Below the pieces are notes generated by a model. It worked only from the letters and a program-made list of their open reading frames with translations. It made no database searches and was not told where the DNA came from. Position numbers and translations under genes: made by a program. A stretch of DNA of 64,000 nt from a virus. Below are positions 63,631-64,000 of this stretch, in pieces (position 1 is the first letter of the stretch; each line of letters begins with the position of its first letter). The stretch lies in the IMG/VR virus record IMGVR_UViG_3300033074_002003; one strand, written 5' to 3'.

Positions 63631-63732
63631 CGTCATCTGAACGCTAGACGATAATCTCAGCCTAGAGAGTCCTGATGCAAATCGGGACTTTCGGCATTTA
63701 ACGCCTGAGATCTTCAGAGTATATTATCTGAA

Positions 63733-64000
63733 ATGGAACAATGCAAAGAATGCAGACGAGAGTGTGAATCGATAGAGTTTCTTTTACGTCACCTGAGAAC
63801 ACACAGGATGAAAGCATTTGATTATGTGCTCAAGTGGGAACACAACGGCATAAGACCGAAATGCAAATGCAAGTGCGGTCGTGAAACGGGATGGAACGTT
63901 GCTCAACGAAACTTTGCACAATTTCTTCCGGGACACTGCATGACAGGAACAAAGAGAAGCGACGAGACACGCAAGAAAATCGGGAAGACAAACGCAGTAA
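63733..64000 (+). CDS. 5' part of a homing-endonuclease-like gene (Zn finger plus NUMOD3), runs off the window end
   Basis: MEQCKECRREC..CKCKCGRETG finger followed by GTKRSDETRKKIGKTNA NUMOD3-like repeat; lower GC than the capsid gene. Confidence 0.45.
   Translation, partial: MEQCKECRRECESIEFLLRHLRTHRMKAFDYVLKWEHNGIRPKCKCKCGRETGWNVAQRNFAQFLPGHCMTGTKRSDETRKKIGKTNAV

Noticed and set aside
61795-63636. Two long antisense ORFs (291 and 299 aa) inside the major capsid gene
   Set aside because: They are Arg/Val/Glu-rich products of high-GC codon bias and have no motifs. The sense frame carries the unmistakable gp23 signature.
1-64000. Prophage boundaries, integrase or att sites
   Set aside because: No tyrosine or serine recombinase, no host-like flanks and no direct-repeat att candidates. 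Compact operons of phage type run across the whole window.
1-64000. CRISPR arrays and tRNA genes
   Set aside because: No direct-repeat/spacer periodicity anywhere. The intergenic gaps (2272-2392, 41780-41880, 63631-63732 and others) show no cloverleaf-compatible sequence.

Overview
This 64-kb window is a contiguous piece of a lytic, T4-superfamily dsDNA phage genome with roughly 55% GC. It carries clear homologues of T4 gp16/gp17 terminase, gp20 portal, gp21 prohead protease, gp22 scaffold, gp23 major capsid protein, gp46/gp47 recombination nuclease and gp61 primase. It has no integrase, host flank, tRNA or CRISPR array. Two divergent transcription blocks meet at a GATC-saturated strand-switch region at about 25.99-26.17 kb.

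The left block (1-26 kb) lies entirely on the minus strand. Genes are tightly packed with ATGA/TGATG stop-start overlaps. About 23 kb of it is a self-contained glycan biosynthesis and assembly module: UDP-glucose 6-dehydrogenase, UDP-galactopyranose mutase, a PseB/CapD-like 4,6-dehydratase, a DegT aminotransferase, a GNAT, an SDR, an ATP-grasp ligase, about ten glycosyltransferases and two tandem SAM methyltransferases. The block also holds an NadM-Nudix NAD salvage enzyme, an RlmN/Cfr-like radical SAM enzyme, an orphan DNA methyltransferase, a GroES/gp31-like co-chaperonin and two low-GC homing-endonuclease-like insertions.

The right block (26-64 kb) is on the plus strand. It contains a truncated GroEL-like protein, a stand-alone ClpP, an Hc1-like histone, a divergently transcribed sigma-70 region-4-like protein, a PIN-PhoH fusion and about 13 kb of large structural genes that include two paralogue pairs. 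It continues with a PD-(D/E)XK nuclease, a RuvC-like resolvase, a primase and a single-ORF Mre11-Rad50 (gp47-gp46) fusion. The terminase small and large subunits sit directly beside the head module: portal, core proteins, prohead protease, an embedded peptide deformylase, scaffold and major capsid protein. A third NUMOD3 homing-endonuclease-like gene begins at the window edge.

The most notable candidates are (1) the phage-autonomous glycosylation module, (2) the degenerate mini-chaperonin plus co-chaperonin pair, (3) the fused Mre11-Rad50, (4) the GATC iteron region and (5) the sigma region-4 mimic.
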